This document shows, piece after piece, positions 61,501 to 64,000 of a DNA stretch of 64,000 nucleotides (the stretch's first letter is position 1; each line of letters starts with the position of its first letter). The notes beneath the pieces were generated by a model. That model made no database searches, was not told the DNA's origin, and saw nothing but the letters and a program-made list of their open reading frames with translations. The translations under genes were made by a program, and so were the position numbers. Source of the stretch: Eledone cirrhosa (lineage: Eukaryota); the NCBI GenBank assembly GCA_964016885.1, contig OZ024748.1, positions 38,316,001 through 38,380,000 on the forward strand, in the 5' to 3' direction.

Positions 61501-64000
61501 GGTATCCTGGTTTTACTGGGTGTCCTGGTCTTACTGGGTGTCCTGGTCTTACTGGGTGTCCTAGTCTTACTGGGTTTCCTGGTCTTACTGGGTGTCCTAG
61601 TCTTACTGGCTGTCCTGGTCTTACTGGGTGTCCTGGTCTTACTGGGTGTCCTAGTCTTACTGGGTGTCCTAGTCTTATTGGGTGTCCTGGTCTTACTGGG
61701 TGTCCTGGTCTTACTGGGTGTCCTAGTCTTACTGGGTGTCCTGGTCTTACTTGGTGTCCTAGTCTTACTGGGTGTCCTAGTCTTACTGGGTGTCCTGGTC
61801 TTACTGGGTGTCCTGGTCTTACTGGATATCCTGGTCTTACTGGGTGTCCTAGTCTTACTGGGTGTTCTAGTCTTACTGGGTGTCCTTGTCTTATTGGGTG
61901 TCCTGTTCTTACTGGGTGTCCTAGTCTTACTGGGTGTCCTGGTCTTACTGGGTGTCCTGGTCTTACTGGGTGTCCTAATCTTACTGAGTGTCCTGGTCTT
62001 ACTGGGTGTCCTGGCCTTACTGAGTGTCCTGGTCTTACTGGGTGTCCTAGTCTTACTGAGTGTCCTGGTCTTACTGGGTGTCCTAGTCTTACTGGGTGTC
62101 CTGGTCTTACTGAGTGTCCTGGTCTTACTGGGTGTCCTAGTCTTACTGAGTGTCCTGGTCTTACTGGGTGTCCTAGTCTTACTGGGTGTCCTGGGCTTAC
62201 TGGGTGTCCTAGTCTTACTGGGTGTCCTAGTCTTACTGGGTGTCCTAGTCTTACTGGGTGTCCTGGTCTTACTGAGTGTCCTGGTCTTACTGAGTGTCCT
62301 GGTCTTACTGGATGTTCTGGTCTTAATGGGTGTCCTAATCTTACTGGGTGTCCTAGTCTTACTGAGTGTCCTGGTCTTACTGGGTGTCCTAGTCTTACTG
62401 AGTGTCCTGGTCTTACTGGGTGTCCTAATCTTACAGGGTGTAACTGGTCTTACTGGGTGTCCTAGTCTTACTGGGTGTCCTGGTCTTACTGGGTGTCCTG
62501 GTCTTACTGGGTGTCCTAGTCTTACTGGGTGTCCTGGTCTTACTGGGTATCCTGGTCTTACTGGGTTTCCTAGTCTTACTGTGTGTCCTGGTCTTACTGG
62601 GTGTCCTAGTCTTACTGGGTGTGCTAGTCTTACTGGGTGTCCTAGTCTTACTGGGTGTCCTGGTCTTACTGGGTGTCCTGGTCTTACTGTGTTTCCTAGT
62701 CTTACTGGGTGTCCTGGTCTTACTTGGTGTCCTAGTCTTACTGGGTGTCCTAGTCTTACTGGGTGTCCTGGTCTTACTGAGTGTCCTAGTCTTACTGGGT
62801 GTCCTGGTCTTACTGGGTGTCCTAGCCTTACTGGGTGTCCTTGTCTTACTGGGTGTCCTGGTCTTACTGGGTGTCCTGGTCTTACTGGGTGTCCTATCCT
62901 TACTGGGTGTCCTGGTCTTACTGGGTGTCCTGGTCTTACTGGGTGTCCAGGTGTTACTGGGTGTCCAGGCCTTACTGGGTGTCCTGGTCTTACTGGGTGT
63001 CCTGGCCTTACTGGGTGTCCTGGTCTTACTGTGTCCTGGCCTTACTGGGTGTCCTGGTCTTACTGGGTATCCTGGTTTTACTGGGTGTCCTGGTCTTACT
63101 GGGTGTCCTGGTCTTACTGGGTGTCCTAGTCTTACTGGGTTTCCTGGTCTTACTGGGTGTCCTAGTCTTACTGGCTGTCCTGGTCTTACTGGGTGTCCTG
63201 GTCTTACTGGGTGTCCTAGTCTTACTGGGTGTCCTAGTCTTATTGGGTGTCCTGGTCTTACTGGGTGTCCTGGTCTTACTGGGTGTCCTAATCTTACTGG
63301 GTGTCCTGGTCTTACTGGGTGTCCTAGTCTTACTGGGTGTCCTAGTCTTACTGGGTGTCCTAGTCTTACTGGGTGTCCTAGTCTTACTGGGTGTCCTGGT
63401 CTTACTGGGTGTCCTAGTCTTACTGGGTGTCCGGGTCTTACTGGGTGTCCTGGTCATACAGGGTGTCCGGGTCTTACTGAGTGTCCTAGTCTTTCTGGGT
63501 GTCCTGGCCATACTGGGTATCCTAGTCTTACTGGGTGTCCTAGTCTTACTGGGTGTCCTAGTCTTACTGGGTGTCCTGGTCTTACTGGGTGTCCTGGTCT
63601 TACTGGGTGTCCTAGTCTTACTGTGTGTCCTGGTCTTACTGGGTGTCCTAGTCTTACTGGGTGTCCTGGTCTTACTGGATATCCTGGTCTTACTGGGTGT
63701 CCTAGTCTTACTGTGTGTCCTGGTCTTACTGGGTGTCCTAGTCTTACTGGGTGTCCTAGTCTTACTGGGTGTCCTTGTCTTATTGGGTGTCCTGTTCTTA
63801 CTGGGTGTCCTAGTCTTACTGGGTGTCCTGGTCTTACTGCGTGTCCTAGTCTTACTGGGTGTCCGGGTCTTACTGGGTGTCCCGGTCTTACTGGGTGTCC
63901 TGGTCTTACTGTGTGTTCTAGTCTTACTGAGTGTCCTGGTCTTACTGGGTGTCCTAGTCTTACTGGGTGTCCTAGTCTTACTGGGTGTCCTGGTCTTACT
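40541..64000. repeat. 18-bp satellite array (>23 kb, ~1300 units, runs off the window)
   Basis: Consensus GTCTTACTGGGTGTCCT[A/G], uninterrupted head-to-tail, with point variants and occasional 1-2 bp indels. Confidence 0.99.

Noticed and set aside
40430-63511. Very long ORFs (LTGCPG/S, LLGVLV, SKTRTP repeats up to 1321 aa) resembling LRR, antifreeze or mucin proteins
   Set aside because: An 18-bp unit is stop-free in several frames on both strands. Frequent 1-2 bp indels switch frames freely, and there is no unique N- or C-terminal domain.
40541-64000. Telomeric repeat
   Set aside because: The unit is not TTAGGG-like and is heterogeneous, with higher-order duplications unlike telomerase-made DNA.

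Overview
AT-rich, repeat-saturated eukaryotic DNA, probably cephalopod/octopus (inferred from the SINE family and microsatellite style). No host gene is supportable. Bases 1-40,500 are a nested pile of mobile elements. These are five Naiad-like Penelope-like element (PLE) copies (three with long near-perfect inverted pseudo-LTRs), a Neptune-like PLE interrupted by a hAT/Charlie transposon, a Tx1-clade LINE, three tRNA-derived SINEs, a mariner MITE and several small foldback elements. About 11 type-I hammerhead ribozyme motifs with recognisable cores occur among them. The LINE sits inside a 42-bp hairpin minisatellite and appears to have been split by an ~11.6-kb inversion that left a 169-bp inverted duplication. 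From ~40,541 to the window end is an 18-bp satellite (GTCTTACTGGGTGTCCT[A/G]) with ~1.5-kb and ~6.4-kb higher-order duplications. Its long ORFs are repeat artefacts. All alignments and folds were done by eye, and clade labels come from remembered motifs, not from database searches.
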